Positions 36,865 through 46,171 of a stretch of DNA of 61,467 nucleotides are shown in pieces. The stretch comes from Candidatus Methylomirabilota bacterium. Its GTDB lineage: Bacteria; Methylomirabilota; Methylomirabilia; Rokubacteriales; CSP1-6. Numbering within the stretch: position 1 is the stretch's first letter; each line of letters starts with the position of its first letter. A program made the translations under genes and the position numbers. The DNA is taken from positions 1-61,467 of the forward strand of contig JBKOVG010000056.1 in NCBI GenBank assembly GCA_046723845.1, given 5' to 3'. The notes under the pieces are model-generated. The model searched no databases. It worked only from the letters and a program-made list of their open reading frames with translations, and was not told the origin of the DNA.

Positions 36865-37902
36865 ATGGCGAAGAGAATCGGCATCATCGGAGCGGGGGCC
36901 ATCGGCTCGATCGTCGGCGGCATGCTGACCAAGGCGGGCCACGACGTGACCCTGATGGAGCAGTGGCCGGAGCACGTGGAGGCCATGAAGAAGGTGGGGC
37001 TGAGGCTGTCCGGCACCTGCGGCGAGCACGTGGTGCCCGTGAAGGCGCTGCACCTCCACGAGATGCAGGGGGTGCGCGAGCCCTTCGACTACGTCTTCAT
37101 CTCCGTGAAGAGCTACGACACGGAGTGGGCCACGGCCATGGCGGTGGCGAACCTCCGCACGCCCGGCGGTGTGGTGGTGGACTTCCAGAACGGGATCAAC
37201 GACGAGCGCGTGGCGGGAGTGGCGGGCCGCGAGCGCACCCTCGGCTGCGTCATCACCATCAGCGCGGGCATGTACGAGCCGGGCCACGCCATCCGCACCG
37301 ACAAGGGCTCCCTCGGCTTCAAGATCGGCGAGCACGACGGGAAGGACACGGAGCGGGCGCAGGAGATCGCCCGCATCATGAACGACGTCGCGCCGACCAA
37401 GGTCACCACCAACCTGTGGGGCGAGCGGTGGTCGAAGCTCGCCGTCAACTGCATGGTCAATCCGATCTCCGGGCTCTCCGGCTACGACTCCGCGGAGGCG
37501 CGTACCGCCGACGTGCCCCGGCGCATCGCTGTCTTCACGGCGGCGGAGGTGATCCAGGTAGGGCGGGCGCGGGGCTACGAGGTCGAGCCGATCTACAGCA
37601 TCACCGCCCAGCGCTTCGTGGATGCCACCCAGGGCAAGGGCCTGGCCGAGGTCGAGGCGGAGATGGCGCGCGACGCCAAGAGCCGCGTGGGCGGGCGTCC
37701 CTCCATGCTGCAGGACGTGATGAAGGGCCGGCGCACGGAGATCAACTATCTCAACGGCTACGTCTCTGAGCAGGGGAAGCAGGTCGGCGTGAAGACGCCC
37801 ATCAACGACAAGATCGTGGAGCTGGTGAACGCGCCTGGGGTCGGCCTTCTCAAGCCCGATCGAAAGAATCTCGATCCACTCTGGGCCCTCGTCCCTCACT
37901 AG
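36865..37902 (+). CDS. panE: 2-dehydropantoate 2-reductase family (ApbA/PanE)
   Basis: 'IGIIGAGAIGSIVGGML', 'WSKLAVNCMVNPISG' and 'SMLQDVMKGRRTEINYLNG' are present. Confidence 0.75.
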   Translation: MAKRIGIIGAGAIGSIVGGMLTKAGHDVTLMEQWPEHVEAMKKVGLRLSGTCGEHVVPVKALHLHEMQGVREPFDYVFISVKSYDTEWATAMAVANLRTPGGVVVDFQNGINDERVAGVAGRERTLGCVITISAGMYEPGHAIRTDKGSLGFKIGEHDGKDTERAQEIARIMNDVAPTKVTTNLWGERWSKLAVNCMVNPISGLSGYDSAEARTADVPRRIAVFTAAEVIQVGRARGYEVEPIYSITAQRFVDATQGKGLAEVEAEMARDAKSRVGGRPSMLQDVMKGRRTEINYLNGYVSEQGKQVGVKTPINDKIVELVNAPGVGLLKPDRKNLDPLWALVPH

Positions 37903-38141
37903 CATGGACAAGATCGCGCGGGTGGCGCCGCCCGAGGCGGTGAGTGTCTCGGACGGCCTCTACTCGTTCGTGGTGAAGCTGAACGAGGCGCCGGCCGGGC
38001 ACTGGATCTACGTGTTCCGGCTCGTGGTTAGTTTCCCACACCAGCTCGCGCTTGAGACGCTCGAGGCGCCGGGTCAGCGTGTAGAGATTGGGCTCGGTCA
38101 TGGGGCACCTCCATCGACGGTCTGGGACGATCAGACGAGCG

Positions 38142-39587
38142 CTACGACCGCGACGGTGTCACGGCCAGGGGAGGACGGCGGTCCGCGAGACCGGCGGCCT
38201 TTTCCCACGTCCGAGCGGCGCCGAGCACGGCGGATTCCGCGAGGGGCCGGCCGATGAGCTGGAGCCCGATGGGCAGGCCGGCGGCGGTGAAGCCGCAGGG
38301 CAGCGAGATCGCAGGCACGCCGGCGAGGCTCGCGGGCGTGGTGTAGGAGCGCCGGCCGAAGAAACGCCGCGCCGCCTCTTCCTTGCTGGCGACGGGCGCG
38401 GTGTGGCTCGTGATGGGCGGCGCCGGGTGCGGCGAGGTGGGAGCGAGGAGCAGATCGAGCTTCCCGAGCGCATCCAGGATCTGCTCACGGATCAGAGCGC
38501 GGGCGCGCGCGGCCCGATGCACGGCGGTGGCGGGAATGAGGCCCGCCGCCACGAGGCGCCGGCGGGTGCCCGCGTCGTATTCTCCGGGACGTGTGGCGAG
38601 CCAGGACTGGTGCCGGCCCGCCGCCTCCGAGTCGCAGAGGGCCATGAAGACGCCGCCCGCGTGCGGGACGAGCGGCAGCGAGACGTCCTCCACGCGGGCG
38701 CCCATCCCGGCGAGCGCGCGTGCCGCCTCCCGCACCGCGCCGCGGACCTCGGCGTGCGTGTCGGCGCCGTCGACCAGCTCGGTGATCACGCCGATGCCGA
38801 GCTGCTTCACTCCCGCGTTCAGCGCCGCGCGATAGTCGGGCACGGCGCTGCGGCTCGTGGTCGGGTCCTTCTCGTCGTAACCTGCGATCAGGCCGAGGAC
38901 GAGCGCGGTGTCCTCCACCGTGCGCGTGAGCGGCCCCACCTGGTCCATCGACCATGCGGCAGGGAAGCAGCCGTGACGCGAGACGCGCCCCCAGGTCGGC
39001 CGAAGTCCCACCGCGCCGCAGTAGGAGGCGGGACTCCGCACCGATCCGCCCGTGTCCTCGCCGAGAGTGATCGAGCAGAGCGCGGCCGCAGCGGCGATGC
39101 CCGATCCCGACGACGAGCCGCCCGGGTCGTGCGCGTCGTTCCACGGATTGCGGGGCTGCCCGTACGGGAAGCGCAGCGTGCCGCCGAGGGCGAACTCGGT
39201 CAGGTTGAGCTTGCCGATCAGGATGCCACCCGCGTTCTTGAGCCTCGTCACCACCGTGGAGTCCTCGGCAGGCACATGGCCGCGGAGAAGGGCCGAGCCC
39301 GAGGTGGTGAGAATGCCCGCCGTGTCGAGCTGGTCCTTCACTGCGAAGGGAATGCCGTGGAGCGGCCCGCGCCACTCGCCCCGGGCGGCCTCGCTCTCCG
39401 CTCGCTTGGCCTCGACCAGGGCGCTCTCGCCGCACACGGTGATGAAGGCACGCAGCCGTCCGTCGAGCCGCTCGATGCGCTCCAGGTAGGCGGTGACCAG
39501 CTCCACGGGGGAGAGGCGCTTCTCGCGCATGAGCGCGGCCTGGCGCGAGGCGCTCGCGAAGGCGAGCTCGTCGGTGCCGCCACTCAC
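38142..39587 (-). CDS. Amidase-signature amidase, copy 2 (candidate AtzE-like catalytic subunit)
   Basis: 'GIPFAVKDQ' and 'GGSSSGSGIAAAA' are present. The GTG start overlaps the stop of the upstream 61-aa ORF (GTGA). Confidence 0.85.
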   Translation of the reverse strand: MSGGTDELAFASASRQAALMREKRLSPVELVTAYLERIERLDGRLRAFITVCGESALVEAKRAESEAARGEWRGPLHGIPFAVKDQLDTAGILTTSGSALLRGHVPAEDSTVVTRLKNAGGILIGKLNLTEFALGGTLRFPYGQPRNPWNDAHDPGGSSSGSGIAAAAALCSITLGEDTGGSVRSPASYCGAVGLRPTWGRVSRHGCFPAAWSMDQVGPLTRTVEDTALVLGLIAGYDEKDPTTSRSAVPDYRAALNAGVKQLGIGVITELVDGADTHAEVRGAVREAARALAGMGARVEDVSLPLVPHAGGVFMALCDSEAAGRHQSWLATRPGEYDAGTRRRLVAAGLIPATAVHRAARARALIREQILDALGKLDLLLAPTSPHPAPPITSHTAPVASKEEAARRFFGRRSYTTPASLAGVPAISLPCGFTAAGLPIGLQLIGRPLAESAVLGAARTWEKAAGLADRRPPLAVTPSRS

Positions 39588-39769
39588 GTTGCGCCCTCGG
39601 GGCTCGTGGGCCAGGGCTCCACGCTATCGAGGGGGAGCCCATCGAGTGCGCCCAGGGCATCGAGGAACGCGTTCAGCCGATGGGCGATCTCGCTGGCGTC
39701 CTCGTCGTCGAGGGAGATGGACAGCGCGGCCGCGAGCCGCCGGACGTCCTCGGGTCCCAGGTCGTGCAT
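39584..39769 (-). CDS. Small AtzG/GatC-like protein, translationally coupled to amidase copy 2
   Basis: 61 aa: 'MHDLGPEDVRRLAAALSISLDDEDASEIAHRLNAFLDALGALDGL'. G/C third-position bias is strong. The architecture parallels the GatC-GatA and AtzG-AtzE pairs. Confidence 0.5.
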   Translation of the reverse strand: MHDLGPEDVRRLAAALSISLDDEDASEIAHRLNAFLDALGALDGLPLDSVEPWPTSPEGAT

Positions 39770-39823
39770 GCGCGAGTTATAGCATCATTTGACGGCCTCG
39801 GCGGGTTGGGCTAGGCTCGGCGC

Positions 39824-41254
39824 GTGCTCGACCTCGTGATCCGCGGCGGCCGTGTCATCACGCCTCAGGGCGTGGGCTCCTGGGACGTGGGCGTGCAGGA
39901 CGGACGCATCGCCGTCCTCGGTGCGCCGGGCACGCTGCCCAGCGAGGCCACGAAGGTCATCGATGCCTCCGGCCTCATCGTGACGCCGGGTGGGGTGGAG
40001 CCGCACACACATCTCGCCCACGGCATCATGTCGCACCCCGAGTCGCCCTCCATCACCCTGGGCCCCGAGGAGGACACGCGGGGCATGGCGTGCGGCGGCA
40101 CCACCACCCACATCGACTTCTGCTACGTGCGGCCGGGCAGCGACCTCATGCCCGTGCTCGAGCAGCGTGCCGAGCGCTGGAAGGGCCAGTCGCACGTGGA
40201 CTACGCCTTCCACATCACGCTGGCCGGGGCTCTCCCGCTGCGCGTGTTCGAGCAGATGCCCGAGGCGATCCAGGCCGGGCATCCATCCTTCAAGGTTTTC
40301 ACCACCAACGTGTTGCCCCCGCATCCGAAGCGCGCGGGCAATCGCCTGGACTTCGGGCGCATCGGACTGGCCATGGAGAAGACCGCCCAGCACGGCGGCA
40401 TCATGGTCGTCCACGGCGAGGACGAGGATCTCGTCCAGTTCAACTACGAGCGCTTCCGCGAGGAAGGCCGGATGGACGGGACGAACATGCATCTCGTCCA
40501 CACCAAGCTCTCTGAGCTCCTGGCCTTCCGCCGCACCATCGCGCTGGCGCGGGCCATGGACGCCACCGTGTACTTCGTCCACACCTCGGCCCGGGAGGGC
40601 GTGGACGCCATCGGCGAGGCGCGCTCCCTCGGCATGCCCGTGTACGGCGAGACGCTCCACCAGTACGCGTGCTTCAACGCGGAGTACTACAAGACGCCGC
40701 GCGGCTTCTGTTCCCACACCTATCCATCCCTCAAGTTCCCCGAGGACCAGAAGGCGCTGTGGGACGGGCTGGTGCACGGCGGGCTCTCCACCCTGGCCAC
40801 CGACGAGTATCCGACGAGCCTCGAGTTGAAGCTCCGCGGGCGTACCATCGAGGACGTCACAGGGGGCAACGTGGGAGCGGAGGCGCGCCTCGGCATCGCC
40901 TTCACGGAAGGGGTGGGCAAGCGCGGCATGAGCCTCGAGCGCTTCGCCGACATCACCGCTACCAACGCCGCGAAGATCTTCGGCCTCTATCCGCGCAAGG
41001 GCGTGATCGCCCCCGGCAGCGACGCGGACTTCGCCATCATGGACCCCACCATCCGCAAGACGCTGACCAGGGACGACTTCCACGTGACGGACTACAGCCC
41101 GTGGGAAGGCTGGCAGGTCTCGGGCTGGCCCGTGGTCACCATTCTGCGCGGGCGCGTGATCGCCGAGCGCGGCACGCTCGTGGGCTCAACCTCGGACGGC
41201 CAGCTCCTACTCCGCAAGCTCGATCCCCAGGTGTTGCAGCGCCCCGTCTGCTGA
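39824..41254 (+). CDS. Hydantoinase/dihydropyrimidinase-type cyclic amidohydrolase (paralog 3)
   Basis: It has a GTG start. '[11 protein letters not shown]', 'PSFKVFTTN' and 'LATDEYP' are present, in 476 aa. Confidence 0.85.
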   Translation: MLDLVIRGGRVITPQGVGSWDVGVQDGRIAVLGAPGTLPSEATKVIDASGLIVTPGGVEPHTHLAHGIMSHPESPSITLGPEEDTRGMACGGTTTHIDFCYVRPGSDLMPVLEQRAERWKGQSHVDYAFHITLAGALPLRVFEQMPEAIQAGHPSFKVFTTNVLPPHPKRAGNRLDFGRIGLAMEKTAQHGGIMVVHGEDEDLVQFNYERFREEGRMDGTNMHLVHTKLSELLAFRRTIALARAMDATVYFVHTSAREGVDAIGEARSLGMPVYGETLHQYACFNAEYYKTPRGFCSHTYPSLKFPEDQKALWDGLVHGGLSTLATDEYPTSLELKLRGRTIEDVTGGNVGAEARLGIAFTEGVGKRGMSLERFADITATNAAKIFGLYPRKGVIAPGSDADFAIMDPTIRKTLTRDDFHVTDYSPWEGWQVSGWPVVTILRGRVIAERGTLVGSTSDGQLLLRKLDPQVLQRPVC

Positions 41255-41267
41255 CCGGAGGTTCTCC

Positions 41268-41720
41268 ATGGCCGGCAAGCTCTTCGAGGAGCTCACGGTC
41301 GGACAGGTGTTCCAGCACCAGCCCGGCCGCACCGTGACCGAGGCCGACAACGTCTTCTTCTCCTGCCTCACCATGAACCCCCAGCCGCTCCACGTGGACT
41401 TCCACGCCGCGGCCAAGGCGGAGTTCGGCAAGCCCCTCGTGAACAGCCTCTTCACCTTGGGAGTGGCGGTGGGGCTCTCCGTGAGTGAGACCACCCTGGG
41501 CACGACGGTGGGCAATCTCGGATTCGAGAAGGTCGAGTTCCCCAAGCCCGTCTTCCACGGCGACACTATCTACGCGGAGACGGAAGTGGTGGACAAACGT
41601 GAGTCGAGGTCGCGCCCGGAGTGGGGCATCGTCACCTTCGAGCACCGTGCCCGCAACCAGCACGGCGATCTCGTTATGCGCTGCCGACGGGCGGCCATGC
41701 TGCGTCGGAAGAAGGGCTGA
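41268..41720 (+). CDS. MaoC-like (R)-specific enoyl-CoA hydratase/dehydratase
   Basis: 150 aa hotdog fold with '[23 protein letters not shown]' and '[17 protein letters not shown]'. Confidence 0.85.
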   Translation: MAGKLFEELTVGQVFQHQPGRTVTEADNVFFSCLTMNPQPLHVDFHAAAKAEFGKPLVNSLFTLGVAVGLSVSETTLGTTVGNLGFEKVEFPKPVFHGDTIYAETEVVDKRESRSRPEWGIVTFEHRARNQHGDLVMRCRRAAMLRRKKG

Positions 41721-41722
41721 GG

Positions 41723-42607
41723 GTGCGCCGCTCGCTCCACTTCGTCCCCGGCGGTCAGGAGAAGATGATGGCTAAGGCCCTCACCCTCCCTGCCGACGGG
41801 CTCATCCTCGACCTGGAAGACGCCGTGCCTCTGGCGCTCAAGCCGGCCACGCGCCCCGTGGTGCGCCGCTGGCTCGACACCCTCGACTTCGGCGGGCGCG
41901 AGCGCTGGATCAGGATGAATCCGATCTTCACCGAACATGCGGTGGCCGATCTCGAGGAGACCATCGCCGCGCGGCCCGACGGCTATCTCGTGCCCAAGCC
42001 GCGGAGCGCCGCCGACGTGCGCCGCGTCGCCGCGGAACTCGAGCGCCTGGAAGAGAAACACGGTCTGCCCTTCGGCTCGACGAAGATGATCCTGATCGCC
42101 ACCGAGACGCCGCCGGGCCTCCTCAACATCGCCGAGGTGGCGGCGGCGAGCCCGCGCGTGGCCGCCGTCTCGTGGGGCATCGAGGATCTCTCCGCGGCGA
42201 TGGGCCTGCCCCGCGTGCGCGACGAAGACGGGCGCTATCTCGACATCCCGCGCTACGCGCGCGTCATGTGCGCGGTGGCCGCCTCCGCGGCGGGGGTGGA
42301 GTCGCTGGACACTGTGTACACGGACATTCCCGATCTGGAGGGCCTGCGCCGCGAGTGCCGGGAAGGCGTGGCCATGGGCTTCAGCGGGAAGATGTCGATT
42401 CACCCGAACCAGATCGAGGTGATCAACCAGGAGTTCACGCCCTCGAAGGCGGAAGCGGAGGACGCCCTCGCCCTCATCGCCGCCTTCGCCGAGCACGCGG
42501 GCAAGGGCGCGGGCGCCTTCGCCTGGAAGGGCCAGATGATGGACCAGCCCCATCTCACGCGCGCGAAGAAGATCGCCGACCGCGCGCGGCGTGCGGGCGT
42601 GATCTGA
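41723..42607 (+). CDS. HpcH/HpaI aldolase - citrate lyase beta (CitE)-like acyl-CoA lyase
   Basis: The GTG at 41723 lies 3 nt after the MaoC stop. 'RRSLHFVPG', 'DGLILDLEDAV' and 'GFSGKMSIHPNQI' are present. Confidence 0.85.
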   Translation: MRRSLHFVPGGQEKMMAKALTLPADGLILDLEDAVPLALKPATRPVVRRWLDTLDFGGRERWIRMNPIFTEHAVADLEETIAARPDGYLVPKPRSAADVRRVAAELERLEEKHGLPFGSTKMILIATETPPGLLNIAEVAAASPRVAAVSWGIEDLSAAMGLPRVRDEDGRYLDIPRYARVMCAVAASAAGVESLDTVYTDIPDLEGLRRECREGVAMGFSGKMSIHPNQIEVINQEFTPSKAEAEDALALIAAFAEHAGKGAGAFAWKGQMMDQPHLTRAKKIADRARRAGVI

Positions 42608-44223
42608 AGCGCGGCGCCGTCCGCCGCCGCGCCGCTCCTCGCCGCGTCACCTCGCGCCACGTCGGCCTCGCCCTGGCCGCCCTGCTCCTCGCCAGCGCGG
42701 TGATCTTCGCCCTGCCCCTGGGTCGGCGTCCTCTCGACAACCAGGACGAGGCCCGCTACAGTCTGCTCGCCCGCGAGGCCGTCGAGCACGGCCACTGGAT
42801 CCTGCCTCGCGTCCGCGACGAGGTCTACCTGAACAAGCCGCCGCTCTTCTTCTGGACGGTGGCCGTCTTTGCCCTACCCTTCGGCAAGGTCACCGACGCG
42901 ACCGCCCCCATCGCCTCCGTGATCTCCGCAGTGGCGGGGCTGCTCGCCGTGTTCGCCATCGGGCGGCTGCTCTGGGGCGACGCGGTGGCCCTCGCCGCCA
43001 CGCTCGTCCTCGCCACCAGCCCGTTCTATTTCTTCATGGCCCACCAGGTGCTGACGGACATCATGCTGACGGCGTGGATGAGCTGGGCGCTCTACTTCTA
43101 CCTCGCCTCGATCCGCGCGCCGTCCTCGCTGCGTCCGCTCCTCGGCTTCTATCTGTGCACGGCGGGTGCGCTCGCGAGCAAGGGGCCGGCGGCGTTGATG
43201 GTGCTGGTGGCCGCGATCATGGCCTCGCTCGTCACCGAGGGATGGCGCGGCATCGGACGGCTCCGCCTGCCTCTTGGTCTCGGCCTCATCGTGCTCACCG
43301 CGCTGCCATGGCTCCTGCCCTATCTCCTCCAGCACGAGAGGAGCTACGGTCAGGCCGTGGTGGTGACGGACTATCTCGCCTGGTATTTCCGGAGCGCGGT
43401 GGCTTCGCGACTCGAAGCAGTTGCTGGACATCTCGCTCGGTTTCTGCCGTGGGGATTCTTCCTCCTACCCGCCGCGTGGTGGTGGACGCGCGACCGTGGT
43501 CCCGACCGCACGCGGCTCCTCGTGTGGGCGGGCACGCTGATCATCCTTCTGAGCCTGTCCGGCGAGCAGCGCGCGCGCTACTTCCTGCCCCTCTGGCCGA
43601 TCTTTGCCGTACTAGTGGCGGAGTTCTGCGTGCGCGGGGCAGAGCGGGCGCGGAGCCTCCTCGACTGGGCGGCCGCCGTGTATCTCGTGCTGATGATCGG
43701 CGTCGGGGCCTTCCTGATCTGGGGCGGTGTGTCTGGCCCCGACGTCGTGTTCCTTCCCGCCTCGTCCTGGGAGCGCTGGCTCACCGCGACGGCTATCGTG
43801 GTCAGCGCCGCGCTCGCCCTCCTGAGCCTGCGCGTGGAGCATAGCGGGCTGGCCGCCGCGGCCTGGCTCGCCGCGGGGCTCGGCGTCGCCCTCACGGTGG
43901 CCGCGGTCGGCTATCCCGCGCGCTTCGCCCGCGTGCACGACTATCCGGGCGTGGCCCTCCGCGTCGCGAGCAGGCTCGCCCCGGGCCAGCCGCTCCTCGC
44001 CTACCCCGACGCCAACCTCGCGTGGGATTTCTATCTGCGGCAGCCGGTGCGAGAGCTCAGGAGCGAGCACGAGGCGGCCACGCTCCTCGCCGCGGCGCCG
44101 CGGGCGCGCGTGCTCATGCGCGTCGACGAATGGCAGCGTCTCAAGCCCCAGGCGGACGCGGGGTGGCGCGCGCTCGACGAAGGCCAGGTCGGACGCCGTC
44201 AATTTGTGCTCCTGGGCGACTAA
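42604..44223 (+). CDS. Family-39 (ArnT/PMT-like) glycosyltransferase, polytopic
   Basis: 'DEARYSLLAREAVEHGHWILPRVRDEVYLNKPPLFFW' is the typical first-loop motif. There are more than 10 TM segments. The start codon is uncertain, because no ATG or GTG lies close before the first TM. Confidence 0.7.
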   Translation: MKRGAVRRRAAPRRVTSRHVGLALAALLLASAVIFALPLGRRPLDNQDEARYSLLAREAVEHGHWILPRVRDEVYLNKPPLFFWTVAVFALPFGKVTDATAPIASVISAVAGLLAVFAIGRLLWGDAVALAATLVLATSPFYFFMAHQVLTDIMLTAWMSWALYFYLASIRAPSSLRPLLGFYLCTAGALASKGPAALMVLVAAIMASLVTEGWRGIGRLRLPLGLGLIVLTALPWLLPYLLQHERSYGQAVVVTDYLAWYFRSAVASRLEAVAGHLARFLPWGFFLLPAAWWWTRDRGPDRTRLLVWAGTLIILLSLSGEQRARYFLPLWPIFAVLVAEFCVRGAERARSLLDWAAAVYLVLMIGVGAFLIWGGVSGPDVVFLPASSWERWLTATAIVVSAALALLSLRVEHSGLAAAAWLAAGLGVALTVAAVGYPARFARVHDYPGVALRVASRLAPGQPLLAYPDANLAWDFYLRQPVRELRSEHEAATLLAAAPRARVLMRVDEWQRLKPQADAGWRALDEGQVGRRQFVLLGD

Positions 44224-44233
44224 GGGGATCGAC

Positions 44234-44776
44234 ATGGAATTCCAGCTCCGGAAGATCGGCCACGTGGTGCTGAACGTCAGCGACCTCGACGCCTCCCTGC
44301 GCTTCTATCAGGACGTGCTCGGCCTGCGCGTCACCGACCGCTATCCCGACAGCATGATGCCGGGCGGGATGACCTTCCTCTGCGTGGGCGGCGATCATCA
44401 CGGCGTCGCCCTCGTGGGCGGCGGCAAGAAGGCGGGCGGCGATCGCGAGGCGACCAAGGCCGCGGGAGGCAGCCTCAATCACTTCGCCTTCGAGGTGGGC
44501 TCGCTCGACGAGGTGTTCCGCGCCCGCGCCTGGCTCCAGAAGCACGGCGTGCCCATCGTGTTCGAGGGGCGGCGGCGCGCGGGCTGCCAGATCGCCATCG
44601 AGTTCACCGACCCCGACGGCAACAACCTCGAGATCTACTGGAACATCGATCAGGTCGGCACCGACGGCCAGGTGCGTCCGGCGAGCCAGTGGCGTCCCGC
44701 GCGCACCCTCGAGGACGCCGCGGCCAATCCGGTGGAGGGCCAGACCCTGCCCACGAGGTTCGTGGGCAGGGTCTGA
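44234..44776 (+). CDS. VOC-family (glyoxalase / extradiol dioxygenase fold) protein
   Basis: 'IGHVVLNVSDLDASLRFYQDVLGL' and 'LNHFAFEVGSLDEV' are present. Confidence 0.75.
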   Translation: MEFQLRKIGHVVLNVSDLDASLRFYQDVLGLRVTDRYPDSMMPGGMTFLCVGGDHHGVALVGGGKKAGGDREATKAAGGSLNHFAFEVGSLDEVFRARAWLQKHGVPIVFEGRRRAGCQIAIEFTDPDGNNLEIYWNIDQVGTDGQVRPASQWRPARTLEDAAANPVEGQTLPTRFVGRV

Positions 44777-44779
44777 TCG

Positions 44780-44881
44780 TCAGCCGCCGGGCGAGGCGGG
44801 TTGCTCCAGGAGTCGGACGCACGCGCTCCGGTCGATCTTCCCGCCCGACAGCCTCGGCAGCTCGCCCACGATGCGGATGAC
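44780..44881 (-). pseudogene. Relic: C-terminal ~33 codons of an AMP-dependent synthetase/ligase
   Basis: The minus-strand translation is 'VIRIVGELPRLSGGKIDRSACVRLLEQPASPGG*'. It carries the 'LP..sGKIDR' C-terminal motif of ANL enzymes. An in-frame TAG at 44882-44884 bounds the fragment, with no upstream coding continuation. Confidence 0.45.
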
Positions 44882-44945
44882 CTACTGAGAAAACCGTAGC
44901 ACGCGGGCAGGGCCGCGCCCCCACAAAACCGGCGCCCGCATCGAG

Positions 44946-44981
44946 GGGCCGGCCGGCGCGTTCGCGGGCGCCGGCCGGCCC
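44946..44981 (-). terminator. 14-bp perfect GC stem-loop immediately downstream of the alcohol dehydrogenase gene
   Basis: 'gggccggccggcgc' at 44946-44959 pairs with 'gcgccggccggccc' at 44968-44981. It lies 12 nt past the stop. The U-tract is weak and displaced. Confidence 0.45.
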
Positions 44982-44992
44982 GCACGATCGCC

Positions 44993-46069
44993 CTAGAACA
45001 TCATGACGGAGCGGGCGACCTCACCGGCCTTCATGGCCCGGAAGAACTCGTTGACGTCCTCGAGCTTGCCTCGGCGCGTGATCATCTCGTCGAGCTTGAG
45101 GCGCCCCTGCCGGTACAGCTCGATGTAGCGCGGCATGTCCACCTTGAAGCGGTTGGAGCCCATGCTGCAGCCCTGGATCTTCTTCTCGCGGAGGAACATG
45201 GGGCCGTCGAGCTCGATCTTCTGGCCCACGGGGATCATGCCCACGATGGTCGCCGTCCCCCCCGGGCGGATGCAGTCGAAGCACTGCTCGGCGGCGAGCT
45301 TGAGCCCGATGGCCTCGAAGGAATAGTCGGCGCCGCCGTTGGTGAGATCGCGAATGGCCTTGACGGCGTCGTCGGTCTTGGCGTTGACGCCGTGAGTGGC
45401 CCCGAGCTGCTTGGCCGTGGTGAGCTTGGACTCGACGGTATCCACCGCGATGATCATCCGCGCGCCTGCGATGCGCGCGCCCTGGATGCAGGCGAGGCCC
45501 ACCCCGCCCGCCCCGAACACGGCTACCGTGGAGCCGGGCTCGATGCGCGCGGTGTTGAGCACGGCGCCCATCCCCGTGGTCACTCCACAGCCGATGAGGG
45601 CGGCGCGATCGAGGGGCATCTCGTTGTCGATCTTCACGAGGGCGTTCTCGTGCACGAGCATCTTCTCCGCGTAGGCGGAGAGGTTGGCGAACTGGTTCAC
45701 GGGCTGGCCCTTCCAGGAGAGCTTGGGCGGATCGGTCTTGGCCCGCACCGGCCGCGTCTGGCAGAGGTGAGTCTTGCCGGTGAGGCAGTAGTCGCAGTGT
45801 CCGCAGAAGACAGACAGGCACGCGATCACGTGATCGCCGGGCTTGAACTCGCTGACCTGGAGCCCCACTTCCTCCACGATGCCCGCCGCCTCGTGGCCCA
45901 GGATGGCGGGAGTGGGGAAGGGATACAGGCCGTCCACGAAGTGCAGGTCGCTGTGGCACACGCCGGAGCCGACGGTGCGCACGAGCACCTCGCGCCCCAT
46001 GGGCTTGTCGATGTCGACGTCCTCGATGGTGAGGGGCTGATGCGGACCGTGGAACACCGCTGCCTTCAT
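44993..46069 (-). CDS. Zinc-dependent alcohol dehydrogenase (class III-like MDR)
   Basis: 'GSGVCHSDLH', the structural-zinc Cys cluster 'CGHCDYCLTGKTHLC' and 'VFGAGGVGL' are present. Confidence 0.9.
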   Translation of the reverse strand: MKAAVFHGPHQPLTIEDVDIDKPMGREVLVRTVGSGVCHSDLHFVDGLYPFPTPAILGHEAAGIVEEVGLQVSEFKPGDHVIACLSVFCGHCDYCLTGKTHLCQTRPVRAKTDPPKLSWKGQPVNQFANLSAYAEKMLVHENALVKIDNEMPLDRAALIGCGVTTGMGAVLNTARIEPGSTVAVFGAGGVGLACIQGARIAGARMIIAVDTVESKLTTAKQLGATHGVNAKTDDAVKAIRDLTNGGADYSFEAIGLKLAAEQCFDCIRPGGTATIVGMIPVGQKIELDGPMFLREKKIQGCSMGSNRFKVDMPRYIELYRQGRLKLDEMITRRGKLEDVNEFFRAMKAGEVARSVMMF

Positions 46070-46171
46070 ACTCGCCTCCTTGTGAATGCTTCCGGGGAAC
46101 TCATGGGTTGACGCGCAGGCCCCGAGAGTGCGCCGCCCCCGCCCGGCCTGTCAAGGCCGATCGGGCATGCC

